This document shows positions 1 through 12,579 of a stretch of 64,000 nucleotides of DNA, in pieces (the stretch's first letter is position 1; every line of letters begins with the position of its first letter). The notes beneath the pieces are model-generated. The model did no database searches, was not told the origin of the DNA, and saw only the letters and a list, made by a program, of their open reading frames with translations. Position numbers and translations under genes: made by a program. Source of the stretch: Lama glama (lineage: Eukaryota); assembly GCA_028534125.1 (NCBI GenBank), contig CM052820.1:1550001-1614000 (forward strand). The letters are read 5' to 3'.

Positions 1-439
1 TAAGCTGACTGTTTGGTGGCACTGCTGCCTGCCCGGGAGGCGGGTGATCCTTCCTGCTCAGGCCCTGGGGGTGTGTGACCACAGGTTGTCCCCGAGCTCA
101 CCCCCCGCTGTGGCACCAGCCGAGCTGCTGTCCTTTACATGCTTTCCTCACCCCCCAGGTCCTCCTGCCCACCCCGACCCGGCAGCTGGGGGGAGGCCGA
201 GGTGGAGGCGCCATTGCGGGCCTCCCTCCCGCATTTCCCCACGATTCCTTCTCCGAGGGTGGAACGTGAGCTCTGTGCCTCCGTCATCTTGCCTCATGGC
301 CTCCAAACGGACCGGCCGGAGTAACTGGATGGGTTTTGTTTTCAGGAAAGCAGTTTATTTAATAAGTGGGGAGGGGGACCCCGAGCCTGCGGGGTGGTCT
401 GTGGGAGTCCTGAGATGTAGTGGACCGCCAGCCGCGGCC

Positions 440-1400
440 CCAGGCCCCTCCCCACCGGCACCGCGCGGAGTGTTCCTGGGGAAGCAGGACGGTGACCACC
501 CTCGTGGAGTGTAATCCTCTGCCCTGGGGGTGCACGCTTCTCGCTGCTCTGTGTGGCGAGGGGTCGTGCACAGAGGGCTTTCCTCCTGTGGACGGAAGCA
601 CCGTGACCGTCACCGGCGAGCGAGGGGCCAGCGGAACTAAGCACCTTTCCAAGGTACACCGCCCTTCCTGCTGAGGGCGGCTTACAGGTGAGCTGTGCTG
701 ACTCGGCCCTGAGTACCTGCCCGATCGATCCGTCTCTGCGCAGTGAAGCCAGGCTGACACTTTCAGGAAAACAGCTGCATGTGTGTGGCCAGCGGTGGTG
801 GCGTTTCAGCTTTCGAGCAGAAATCAGCACCTTTTTAAAAAACTTAATTTAGATTAATTTTTTGAGGGAGAAGTAATTAGGCTTATTAATCTGATTATTT
901 TTAAAGTGCTGGAGACTGAACCGAGAGCCTCCTGCACGCCGAGCCACACCCTCCCCCCGAAAGCAGAGCCTCGGGGCCGGCACCCCGCCGGGGCTGCCCG
1001 CGCATCCGTGCGGGCCCGGGAACTCCCGCTGGGGCAGCTCTTTCCCGCCGCCGGCTCTGGCGGCACGGACTCTAGGGGGCCGGGCTCCCTGCCTGTCACG
1101 GGGACAGAGCCCCCGGGGCTCACCGCGCCCCCCGCTGCAGTCGCGGCCTGCCCGCCTGGCTGCACACAGACAGGCACACCCACGGTTATCCCGGAGCCGT
1201 GGAGACGCTCCCCGTCCCCGCTGCGTCTCGGAGAGGTGGTTTCCTGCGTCACTGCCACCCAAGCACCTGTCACAACACGGGGAGCTCGGAAGCAGCGGCG
1301 ACAGCGCGGCTCAGCTCCCCAGTGGCACTGCCGCGCCCCAGACGTGCCGCCCTTGCGCCAGCTCGTCTCCGCTGTGGAGCTCGTCCTGCCTTGCGTTGGC
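440..1400. promoter_or_regulatory. CpG-island-like segment (densest about 930-1400), possibly the downstream edge of a promoter
   Basis: Very high G+C with many CpGs (e.g. cggggccggcaccccgccggggctgcccgcgcatccgtgcgggcccggg at 972-1020) and no recognisable repeat origin. The whole window is CpG-rich, so specificity is limited. Confidence 0.55.
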
Positions 1401-2040
1401 AGTCAGTGGTGTCCATTATTATTTTTAAATGAAGTAAGTGACTATTTTAAACACACCTCAGTTGTAACTTCTGATACGGTAAATATTGGGAGCTATAATA
1501 TGACTGCAGCTCTCTGGGGTCCTGAATAATTTTTAAGAGGGTGGAGGGGCCCTGAGACTGGATACTGTGGGAACCTCTGTTCTAGGCCGTCTGGTGTTGA
1601 CAGTCATATGTTTGTTACCCTGAGGAGGCCCAGGAGGTGTGATGCACTGTCAGGGGCAGTGTTGACCTGCTGGGTGCCTGTGCACCTGTGCGGGGGCCGG
1701 GGGTTCTCCCTGGTTCCCCTGGGTGGCCAGGTGGTCCCAAGGTGACAGGAGTGGTACCACCTCCCCCCACAGGCGCTGCTGAGCAGGACTTGTAGCTGTT
1801 TGAAGTGACTGGTTACCCGTGTGCGCGCAGCATTCGCATTACACTGAATTACAGGTTACCATGGCTTATTACAGAAATTAATAATAGCTGATGAAGAATG
1901 AAATTGCTAGAATTTTTGTTCTCACTTAACCTTTTGTCATTTCGCAAAAAGGCAAACTTGAGGGAAGACAGTGGATCTGTGTGGGTCTTTAGAATGCTGC
2001 TTCTGAACCCAAACTGTCAGAACGAACACAGTCACACTGA

Positions 2041-2073
2041 AGATAAGTAACAACGGTAAAAATGCTGAGTCAC
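2041..2073. promoter_or_regulatory. GATA site plus NF-E2/NRF2-sMAF antioxidant response element
   Basis: AGATAAG at 2041-2047; AAAAA-TGCTGAGTCAC with core at 2063-2073 (reverse GTGACTCAGCATTTTT), a full ARE/MARE match. Motif only. Confidence 0.35.
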
Positions 2074-3602
2074 AAGGCAGAGGAGGAGTCGGGGGAGATG
2101 GAGGGGCGCAGAAGGAAGTCCACACGATCAGAAGTTTAGATAAAAACACTGTCAGTCACTGGATTTATTTTTCCCTTCTGTAAACGTGAGAATTCACATT
2201 GGGCTTAAAACCTTGAGCACTGCGTCCCTGGACTGCACGCGCCCATGGAAATGTGCTGGGGCCAGTGGGACGTCTGGCTCGGGGCAGGGGTCGCAGGAAG
2301 TGGGGGAGCTGAGCTCAGCCTGGAGGTGAGGCTGTGAGCCAGGGGCCTGAGCGAGCCCAAGACAGGTGGGGCTCCTGAAGGAGGAGACAGGAAAGGGACC
2401 TGGGGGAAGGCATGGGGGAGACCTGAGGCACATTTGCTTGTTTGGAGGGTTCTCAGGGTGGAGACTGAAAGTTCACTGGCCCGGGTCAGAAGACACCAGA
2501 GCATACGTAGTTATAAAATGTCTAAGTTAACACAGACGAAAAGCATCACTTACTCTGCCAAGAAGAAATGTGAGCTAGTTGTCACTGAGAAGAACTGCTG
2601 TGGCCTTGGGATTTGCTGGTAGAGGACGCGTCTGAATGTTGCTTAAAAGCATCTGTTACTTAGCGTATTCCCAGTATCCTCCCAAAGTTTGTGATGTCGA
2701 CCCTCTTTAAGATTGTCTCTAAAACAGAAAAATACTATCTGGCTTTGCGAGACTGAAAGTGCCTTAATTCTGGAATCTGTTAGAGACAATGAAACAACAA
2801 GTTCTGTGCAGGTTGTACTTAGGAGCAGCGATGTAGGACTCGAAACAGAATGTGGGGGAGAAGCAGCCGAGAGCCCGGGCGTAGTTGCCCCTCAGCAAGG
2901 GTCTGTGGCAGGAGTGTTGTCACGCGGGCGTGTGGACGCCGTGTAAATGTGGGAGAAGCTTTTAAAAAGGATAAAAACAGATGAGATAAATAGAAACTCC
3001 AATTTTCATAATGAATACAAAAAAATCCCCAAATTGGGAGGAAATAAACAGTTTCTATAAATAGTTGAGGATTATTTGAAAGCAGAAGCAAGCCTTTTCC
3101 ACGGTGGGAAGCTCCAGAGGCCTGTCCTAACGAGCGGCGTGCTCGGTCGTCTAGTCGGTGTTTGAGACGTCGACGGTTCCAGTAAGATGTGAAAAAACAA
3201 GACGGAGTAACAAAAACCCAAGAGACTCAGAACATTTGTAGATTGTAAGAAGCCCGCAGTAATCAATCTGTTTGGCATTTGCCAGTAATTAACAGAAAAG
3301 AGCAAAACGAAGTATCCAGTGTTGATTATGTAAGACTGCAGATTTCTGCGGGGCAACAGCAGAAGTCTCACAAGGCGCATCTCCTTACTCCCGGGTCTGG
3401 GGCGTTTGGACTTCCCTCACCCTCCGTCCAGGGCGGCCGAGTTAGGATTCCACTCTGTGATTTCCTCCAAATGTACTTTTGTAGGCCACTTAAGTTGTAC
3501 TGTTTTGATTTTTCACACATTTACTTTAAATTTTAGTTGTGAAATGTTTTACCGACTGACGAGAGCACTGAGCATCATCTAAAGGAGAGAAACAGGACCA
3601 CC

Positions 3603-3723
3603 CGCGGTGTCCCCGCTGCCCTCGCCGGGCCCCTGCTCCGCTGCTTGGCCCTCGCGGTGTCCCCGCTGCCCTCGCCGGGCCCCTGCGCCGCTGCTTGGCC
3701 CTCGCGGTGTCCCCGCTGCCCTC
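3603..3723. repeat. GC-rich minisatellite, 50-bp unit, about 2.4 copies
   Basis: cgcggtgtccccgctgccctcgccgggcccctgc(t/g)ccgctgcttggccct starts at 3603 and 3653, with a partial copy at 3703; one mismatch (3637 vs 3687). Confidence 0.95.
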
Positions 3724-4624
3724 CCTCCTCGGCGTCAGGAGAGGCGCACGCGCAGCTCAGCAGGAGGCTCCAGCTCTGTATGTTCTGAGCTTTGTGTGCG
3801 TGGAGCCACTGGGTGTTTTATTTTATGATTTTTTGGAAGAAGACTGCCTTGGAGACCGGCTCACGTCTGCATGTCGCTGTGGCTGGCTGATCTTCGCTGG
3901 TGCTGAACGATCCCTTTCTGAATTTCCACAACGTTCCCTTTGTCCCGTGGACGGCCGTGCAGCTGGGCTTCGGGTGTCGCGCCTCCAGACGTGGCGTCGT
4001 GACACGGTCCTCAGTGTTACCCGGCACACAGGTGCAGGGGTCTTTTGAGGGCCCCTCCCCAGGGGTGGGAGGCCGGGCCACGGGGCCACAGGGCCCCCAG
4101 CCTGGCTGCGGGGGGAGCATCACAGTCGCTGGAAGGTCAAGGTGAGTGCAGAGTCTGGCTTCTCAAGGACCGAGCCTAGCATGGGAGAGAGACCGAGGGC
4201 GGCGGGAGAAGGGGAAGCGACGGCCGGGACCGCCCACGGGCCTCTTCAGAGCCACATTATGACAACGCTGGAAAAGGACTTTGAGTGAAACTCAGTGTGT
4301 AATTAACCATCAACCTGAATAATAGAAAAGATTAAAATGCATGTGGTGAAATGACTGCTCTCAGATACCAGGATACCAATCTTATATTGTATTTTAACTG
4401 CTCTAAGATGATTAAACAACTTTCACTATGGGAAAAAGTCCAAGCACTGCTCCCTGACCTGCACCGGGCGTCCCGCCAGAGCCCTCGTGAAACTGGATCT
4501 CCCTGCGCTCACGCAGGACTGCCCACGACCTGGAGCGTCATCTGGGGCATCACCCGTCTAATTTGGAGTGCCCATTTTCTGTTCAATTCCTCGTTCCCTG
4601 AACGATCTGCAGAACTGATGCTTC

Positions 4625-4653
4625 TGTGTGCGTGTGCGCACGCGCGCGCGTGC
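4625..4653. repeat. Alternating purine-pyrimidine tract (potential Z-DNA)
   Basis: tgtgtgcgtgtgcgcacgcgcgcgcgtgc. Confidence 0.8.
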
Positions 4654-5189
4654 TCCTTGCCAGTAGCTGGATGCAAAGCCGTTGTTACATACTGCTCTTT
4701 ACAGGTGTGCCCGGTCTCTTGATAAACGCAGCTTCTTCATTTTAATGTTACCTATTTTTATTTTATTCGCTTAGCATTTCTGCTTTCCTGATCTCATTCT
4801 GCTGAAAGTCATATCCTTTGGGGGTCTCTCTAGAAGTTCCTATAGTAGCAAGCTCGCTCACTTTCGGTCTGTCTGCGGCGGCGTTCTTCCCCCTGCACTT
4901 TCGTCTGCTGACACCGGGTAGATGCTTCTGGGTGCACAGCTGTATCGCCCACTAAATCCCGCTGTCACCGGTTAAAGTTCCCTGCCACATCCGTGACTTC
5001 CTCGCAGAAATGTGCCACTTCTTTTTCTTTGATGCTTTGATGGTGTTCGTCTTCTAAGCATTTTTTGCTTTTTCACTAAGTGTTTTCGTTTATCCATCTT
5101 GGTAATTTTTTGGATTTGTTGACTGTGGAGATTAGTGTCTTTCAGAAATTCTGGGGAAATTTTAGCCCTTAACTTTTTCTGTCCTTCCT

Positions 5190-7530
5190 TTGAACTTTTA
5201 ATTTTGCTACAATTCCCAGCTTACAGAAAAGCTGTAGGAATAGTGCAAAGAGTTACTGTATACATTTATGTTTTTAAAAATAAAGTTTTTTCAGAACCGT
5301 TTACAAGCTAGTGGTCGAGATGACACCCTCGCCCGCAACTAATCCAGGACGCACCGCCCAGAACCAAGGGCAGCCCGTCCTTGGCCACCCAGCATGGTGG
5401 GTGGGGGTCAGAAGACTATACCACAGTGTTATCTCATCGTAGCCGGACTCCTATTTTGCCAGCTGTCCTAGTGAGGTCCCGTATCTCAGGAGGAAGTCCT
5501 GGGTCCCACGTGGCACTCAGTGACCACGCCCCTGCGTCTCTGGCCCCTGGTTTCAGTGTCCGCGGTGATTCTTGCCTGAAGCTGCTGTGATGCTGGCCGT
5601 CCTGGTGATTTTCTAGGCCTGTCGTTCCTCCTGATTCAGGCGTTGGCTCTCTCCTGTGCGGAAGAACTTTCCTTTCTTCCTGACTTAACTGGGTGATAAC
5701 CCATTGTTATCTTTATCCCTTGTGGTGCCCAGGTTGTCCTGGTTTGGCTGACGGGAGCCCCTGTGCGTGGGCTCCTCTGGCCGGTCCCCTGCACTTGTGA
5801 GCCCCTCTTTGCTCTCCTGCTCTCCCTGCTGTGTGAGATGTGCCAGCGTCTCCCTGCCCCTGTCCAGTCAGCGGTTTCTCCAAGGAAGCCTGGTGTCTGT
5901 TTTCAGGGGCCGTGTTCAGACAGCCAGCTCTGTGTGCTGGACGTGCTTGCTGGTCCTTGGCCGCCCAGCAGACAGAGCTCGGGTGTGGATGTCTGTGCAC
6001 ACACACACACCTGCACACTCACACTTGCACACACATGCACCATCTAGAACTCCCGAAGCTCACAACCATGCTTCCAATTCCAGTCCAGCGACACAAGGTC
6101 CATGAACGACCCTCTCTTTTCTGTATTTGTTACTCCCTCCTCCTCCACTGGGCCACGTAGCTCCCAGTCTGCACAATGTATTTACTTATTTGCTCAAACC
6201 CAAAATACCCAGAAAGCAATGGTTACTCCACACCTTTGTGAAAAAGACACCGACTAACCAGAGTTCAGCATTGTTCAGGGTGTGCAGCCCGAGTCTAGTC
6301 CCAGCGCGCGCCCCGGAGCTGTGGGAGGGCGTTTCCCGCCTGCCCCGGTGCCAGCGTGGCGGGCGTTCATTTGCAGCGTGGTTTGGTACATTTGCTTCCA
6401 TCTGTTTCTCAGTTTTGAGGATTTTCCCTCCTCCCACTTGTTAGTTTTGTTTGTTTTTACGTCTTGAGCGTGGAAAACCCGGATGCTATTCTGAAAGCCG
6501 GCGCTGTGCGGGAAACTGGACTCGGGTGGTGTCCCCCCTGGCCCCCCGCCCTCCTGCGTTGCCTTCTGGACAGATGAGCCAGTTATTTTGCCCTCTCCCT
6601 TGCACAGAGAGCACACCCTGCAGGTAGCTCTTTTGCACGTGGCCCCCCTCCCCCCCCACGTCCTGGAACTCCCCAAGCCCCCACCGGGCTCCTCCTGGTT
6701 CCCTGACCGTCGTCATGTGGGCTCCGTGATTTTCAGCCTCCCTCGTGCACCCGGCGCCGAGCTGGGGTCTGGCACTGCCTGTGAGGCCGTGCCCAGGGAG
6801 CAGCCTCGTGCCGATGTGCTTTGCCGTTGGGCGAGGTGTGTCTTCAGCCCTCGCCCACAGGAGTGATTTCCATCAGCAGATGCGCGGCCGCGCGCGCGGC
6901 CTCGAGAGGCTCTGCCCAGCGCCCCTGCGCGCGGCTGTTCCCTTGGAGCGGGGCCGCGGCCCCGTCCGGCTGATGGGGGGCCGCAGCTCAGCGTCAGGCC
7001 TACCCTGTCTCTGTGCCCTGAGCCTGTTTTGCTGTCAGGATTTTGGTCTTTGTTCCCATAAATTTTAAGAGTGCTTCATATGTAAGAGGAATTAGCTTTT
7101 ATCTGTGAGATAGACTGCAGATAGTTTCTCCCCGTTTATCAGTTATTTTCTGAATTCTTTGTGGCGCTGCTTTTGCCCTGGAAACTGCACCCCCGCTCCC
7201 CATTGGTTCAAACTTATCAAGTTCTTTCTGTTTTTTAACTGCATCTGGAGATTGAGGCGCAGTTGGAAAGCCTCCGTCTGTCCCCAGGCCACGCCTTCCG
7301 AGCTTGTCTTGTTCCGTCCGTGGCGGGCGGGCCTGGTCCGCGTGGCTCCTGCTCCCTGTGTGCTGGGTCTGGAGCTGATTTTACCTTTTCCCGGCGGCTG
7401 CCCGCTTGTCCGGCGCCGCCGGTTAAACCACCCGCCTCTGTGCAGTGGTCGGCTGCCCGCTTGTCCGGCCCTGGCACTCCGTGAGCCCCAGCTCTGTGTC
7501 TGGGCTTTCGCTCTGTCTGCTGGACGTGCC
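5190..7530 (-). mobile_element. L1MC/L1ME-type LINE-1 3' UTR and ORF2 end, strongly GC-shifted
   Basis: 'cttacagaaaagctgtaggaatagtgcaaag', 'gtttctccaaggaagcctggt', 'cagacagagctc' and 'ttttaagagtgcttcatatgtaagaggaattagc' resemble antisense L1MC 3'-end and ORF2 motifs. Confidence 0.7.
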
Positions 7531-7869
7531 AGCCCTCCGCCGCTCGAGCTCAGGGCTTCCGAGGATGCTCTGCGCTTCCCTCTGACGGGCCCCGTGGGCC
7601 TCCTGATCTCTGTGTTACATTCTCGGTTATTTTCTCGGTGCTGGTTATTGTTCACCGATTCTCTCTTCGGCTCCATCTGGTTGATTATTTAACTCCTTCA
7701 TTTAGTTTTGAATTTTAATTATTATAGTTCTTATGTTCCAAGTTCTACTCAGATCAGTTTCAGATGTGCCTGGCCGTTTTTTATATTGGTAATAATAGCT
7801 AATGGTAAAGGGAGACTGTTAGTAATAATCCCATTTACTCCTTATGTGTTTCTCCGGGGAAGGTTTCAG

Positions 7870-7935
7870 CTGCTACGATCACAGACGAGAAACTGAGGCA
7901 CAGACGACCCAGGGTCGTGCAGCCGAGTGGCGGTC
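7870..7935 (-). mobile_element. MIR SINE core fragment
   Basis: cagacgagaaactgaggcacaga...cccagggtcgtgcagcc matches the MIR core. Confidence 0.65.
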
Positions 7936-10900
7936 CCGCATGCTGCTTTCTCCACGTGACCCTTCGTGACCCTGTTTGTTTCTTCGAGCCAATGTTGAGA
8001 TGTATTTTGTGGCCACATCAGATTTTCCCGTCGTTGAAGCTGTCCTGCCTGACTCCCACTCCCTGGGCTTTCCCGCTGATCTGTGATTCTCGATCGTGCC
8101 TTGATGCCCTCGCACTGTTTCACAGACGTGCTCTCAGGGTTGACTGCACGCTCATCGGGGGAGGACGTGTGTCTGCTCTGCCTTGTGCTGGGACAGTAGC
8201 AGCCTCGATGGGCCCCCCGGGGCCCCCTTCCCCATGCGGTTGCTGTGGTGTCTGTCTGGTCTTGGGGCGCCCCGGATTCTCCCCCAAACCCTCACAGAGC
8301 GGTGCCTGCTTGTGGGCTCGCAGGGAGCCTTCTTCCTTGGTCTGCCCACTCCCATCACTAACTTTCATAAGAGACAAACTTTGTCTGCGTGTGATTCCAG
8401 GTGGCGAGCCTGGAAGACCTGGGGGTGCGGGACGCTGGGGCCCGATCAGTTGCATCTGCTGAGTATCTGCTGACTGTCGGTGGCCTCTGGGTGGTTTATG
8501 CTGCATGCCAAGGCTCTGTCTAACGTCGCCCTGATGTGGAGGATGGGCCCGGGGGGGCTGTGCCCCTGTTTGGTGGGGTCCGGATCTTTACATCTTCAGA
8601 GAGAAGGGTATTCCCAGTGTGTGGCCAACTCTGGGGTCCCGGCTGAGCCCCAGCTTTGATGCCACTGGTTAGTCCCTGGCTGCTGCAGGGACGATTCCGT
8701 CAGCTGATTTTGTCAAGTACTTTTGTGGCTTTCCACTGAGAATGCATTTAAACATGTGCCGTGAATTCAAGCAGAAGGCAGACTTGCTGCTCGGCACGCT
8801 GTGTGCTGGCCAGGGGGAGAGGCTGGGGGCTGGAGAGTGGGCAGGGCTTCTGGCCTGCGACCTCTCCTCTTTCTCCAAACAGCGGTCGAGCCTGAGCGAG
8901 GGAACTTCTTGCCGCCGGCTCTGTCTGTAGCTCCGGCCCTCGGGCGCCCTGTGCTGCGCCAGGCCGCCTGTCGCCATCTCCCCTGGACCTCTCCTCCTTG
9001 GCCCCTGCTGGTGGGGAGGACGTGCCGGCCAGCGCGCGGAGCACGGGTGCCGTCAGAGCCTCCCTCCTTAACCTTCAGAACCAGGAGCGACCGTAAGGCT
9101 TCGTTCTCCAGACACAGCCCAGGAGGAAGGCGGTTTGCCCCAGGTCGCTGCTCATGCCCGCCCGGGCCTCACACTGAGGGCCGTGCCTCCCCTGAAGCCT
9201 GGCCCGTCTCTCCCAGCCGTGATCGTGGGGACAGAGCAGGCGTCGAGCACTGATTTCTGTCACCTCAGCTGCCACATGGAGCGCAGGGCAAGGGCACGCT
9301 GGGGCTGGCTGCACGTCCTCGGGCCGTGTGGGCCCGACGCCCTGGGCCTGCTTCTGGACGCTGGTTCCGCTGCTGCAGATGGTCAGCATGACAGCTTTCG
9401 AGGAGTTGGAGGCAGAAAGGAAGCAATGACTTGGATTTTCCTGTGTAGCACTAGAGTGGCTCGTTTTCTTAACAAACCTGTGAATAGCAGTCAAGTGTTT
9501 GCTTTGGAATGAAGGACCGCAGGGGACGGTTTTACCCCTGGGATTTGATGTCTGGCTTCGCCTTCTCTCAGACAATGGAGGAAGAAAGGGCCCAGTGTGC
9601 AGGGTGTGTTTGACGCTCAGGTCCACTCGGGGCGTGCACGATCTGGGAAGACGCACCTGCACGTGGTGCCGGTGTCCTCCTTGTTGGCCCCTCGTGGACT
9701 TGGAGACCAGGGCAGGGCTCACGACCCTGACCCTGATGTTGTTCGGTGGGGAGCCAAATTGAAGCCCCCAGATCCAGCCCCACCACACCGTGGGCTTGCC
9801 TGCCTGGGCCCGGTGTCCAGCCCTGGCCTGGGCGGTGCCTCTGCGTGGCCTCCCTCGAGGTGGCCGAGCGTCAGGCTGGCAGTGAGCACTCGCTCCCGGC
9901 TCGTGCCTGGGACGGCGACGACTGTGTCTCACTGCTGAGCTCCCTCAGGTGTCAGCTGACAGCGTCTGGCTGTGATTTTTGCGGCTTTGGGCTTTTCATG
10001 GAGACTTCCACTGAGGTGTCTTCTCTGTCAGTCTCCCCCCGCCGTCCCCGCGGCTGGTGCTGGGGGGGACCAGGGGCTCTGCCCTGGGAGGCTTGTCCGG
10101 TCATCCTCTCTGAGCTTCGCCCTCAGGGGAGGCCCGGAGCCCCCCGCCACCTCGCCCCCGGGAGAAGCCGCTTGGTCCTCCATGATGCTTTGCGAAAGCC
10201 TCAGCAGGGGGATTTTGTGTGAAAATGCAGTTGAAAATATGTTTTTGAATGTTTGTTTAAAGTAGAACAGGAAGTTCTGGGAAAAGCCGAGTCTCGTGTG
10301 TGCGATTCTGAGGGTGATGCCCCTCTGCACCTCAGCGGTGCGGTCGTTAGAAGCCCTGCCCTGCAGGCACGGGTCGGGGCTTCCTTGCCCACCCAGTTCT
10401 CTGTACGCAGTGTCATTCATTTTCTGAGTCTGTCACTTTCAACGTGTGAGTCACACGCAGGCTCTCCCACCTCCCGGGTGTTCCCGAAGCACTGCCGGCT
10501 GTGATGTGTCTATGGACAGAGACAGCTGTCGCCGGTGACAGCACATCATCTCGCCCTCTGCGCGGCCCGGGACGTGCGTGGCCGGTGTCACAAGACTGCA
10601 CCATGGTGCTGGTTCCAAAGTCGCCCTGCGGTGCAGAGCGGGTGTGCCTCTGGCCGCGGCCCCCATTGCTCGCGCGACCCGGAGGCCTGGCCCAGCCCTG
10701 GCCTCGGGCTGCCGAGTGCTCGCCCCGCCTCCGCTGTGAGGCTGCGTTCTTTACTTCGCGAACAGGGACTTAGACTTCTTGAACTGGCAGAAACACTGTG
10801 AAGCAGACATTCATCATGCCTGTGTGGTATTTTTAAATGCAGGCAAACGCCGTTGGCGTCCACCGCAGAGACGGCTGTGGGGTGGTTTCGTGCAGCCTGG

Positions 10901-12579
10901 TAAGGGTCCGTTCTCTCTCCAGGGCTGTTTGTGGGGCTGTGTGGGTGACACGTGGTGGTGGACACCAGTGCCTGTCCCCTGGCCCCGAGCCCCTGGTGCC
11001 TGCTGGGTGGCCCTGCCGGGCCCGGCTTCCTGCGAGAGGCAGCCTGCAGGGAGCAACGCGGGGGGGTCAGGTACCGGTCATGCCGGTGGCCCCTCTCCCC
11101 TGGGACCAGCCCGCAGGCTCAGGCCAGCCTCCCCTGGGCAGGAATGCTGAACAAGGCTCGTGCGCCAGCGGCCTGTAGCGGGCCCTGGTTTCTTCTGTCT
11201 CTCTTTCTATGGGGGACACACCCCCTGCCTCCAAGAAGGGAAAGCTGGGTCTTAGGAGGGAGCACCGGGGCAGTGCCCTTCCCTGGGAGTCTTCCCAGCA
11301 GGGCTGGGCAGCAGGGCGCCTTACGTCTGGTGCCTGAGCAGGGATGTGAGGCCCAGAGCTGCTGCACTCAAGTTTGGTGCTCAAGAAGCAGGGAGAGGTG
11401 GGCGCGCAGGCGGGCGGGCAGACGCCAGCCCCCAGACCGTGGACCTTGAGTGTAATCCCGCTGGTGCCCAAGGCCCGCAGCTGCCTGGCACTGCCTTTCT
11501 GAAGAGCTGTGAGGGCCTCAGGGTTCGGGGCGCTGCCCCTGGGCCTTCCTGGTCCATCCTCTTCGTTGCTCACACAGCTGCGGTTTGCCCTCCATCCGTA
11601 GCACCTGACAGAGCCTGGACTTCACTGAATTCAGGTGACAAACGAAAGAAGGAGGTGGGCACGGGACGGGAGCGCGTGTCCCCGAGTGCTGCCCCCAGAC
11701 TGGACCTGGGACTCGGACCTGGGGTGCCTGGTCAGGAGGGACGGCTGCTGCTTGCTGCTCTGCGGCCTCCTGGCCGGCCCGCCTGCACTTCGTGGGCGGG
11801 TCCGTCTTCCCGTCCGTCTGGTGGCATGCTGCAAGGTTGCAGTTGGTCCTTACGCTTAGTAGGCGCTCCCTTGCCCTCCAGGCCTCCAGGCCTCTGGTGG
11901 CCCCGGTCCTGAGGGGCAGAGGGGCTGTTGCCCTACCTGCCTTTGGGGGCTTTTCCTTTTTAGGTCTGGCCGCCCCCAGAGGGGAAGCACATCGGGACCC
12001 TAGACCCCCAGGTCCACTGGCTGCTTTGCCAATCAGGTCAGCCTTGCCACTTCTACGTGGTACTAAGAAAAGGCTTTGAATTCTCACGTCCTCTTGAGCA
12101 GAGCTGTTCACCCCCAGGCTGGATGATGGCCCTGGACCGCTCAGCCTGGGAGACTTGCTGTGGCTCAGTGTTCGGTGTCTGCCCTGCCCGGAGCCCCCCG
12201 GGTGCTTGCCTCGTCAAATCACCGTGGAGTCTGAATCTTCTTGACCAAAGCCTGGGGGTGCGGGCCTTAGCCTTGGCCACCCTCCCTCCTGCTCGGGGCA
12301 TTGAGATGGCAGATGGCACCCCAGAGGGGTGGCTTCTGCAGCTCCCAGCCGGCCACCTCGACGTCGGCTTCCTGTGGTGGAAGGTCGTCTTCCTCCCCGA
12401 GTCAGCCAATGGGGGGGCGGGCACTGGCTCCACGTGCTGGGAAGCCAGGGGCTCCCTCTGTGGCCACCTTCTTCTTGTCTCCGCGGCCAAGGCCTCTTTC
12501 CAGGTGCGGGGAAGTTAACTGCAGGCCCCGACAACTTCTCTGTCCCTCACGTTTGAATGCGGACTGAGAGGAAGAGATT

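Larger units (their letters stand above)
4730..8130 (-). mobile_element. Ancient L1/HAL1-type ORF1 remnant, split by nested insertions (pieces about 4730-5185, 7540-7800 and 7940-8130)
   Basis: Antisense L1 ORF1-like motifs ('ttcagaaattctggggaaattttagcc', 'gttcaccgattctctcttcggctccatctgg...ttttgaattttaatt') in collinear order on both sides of the L1MC insert; recognised from recalled consensus. Confidence 0.55.

Noticed and set aside
3603-3723. CRISPR-like array (also 25485-25578)
   Set aside because: Head-to-tail tandem units without unique spacers, mammalian context and no cas genes.
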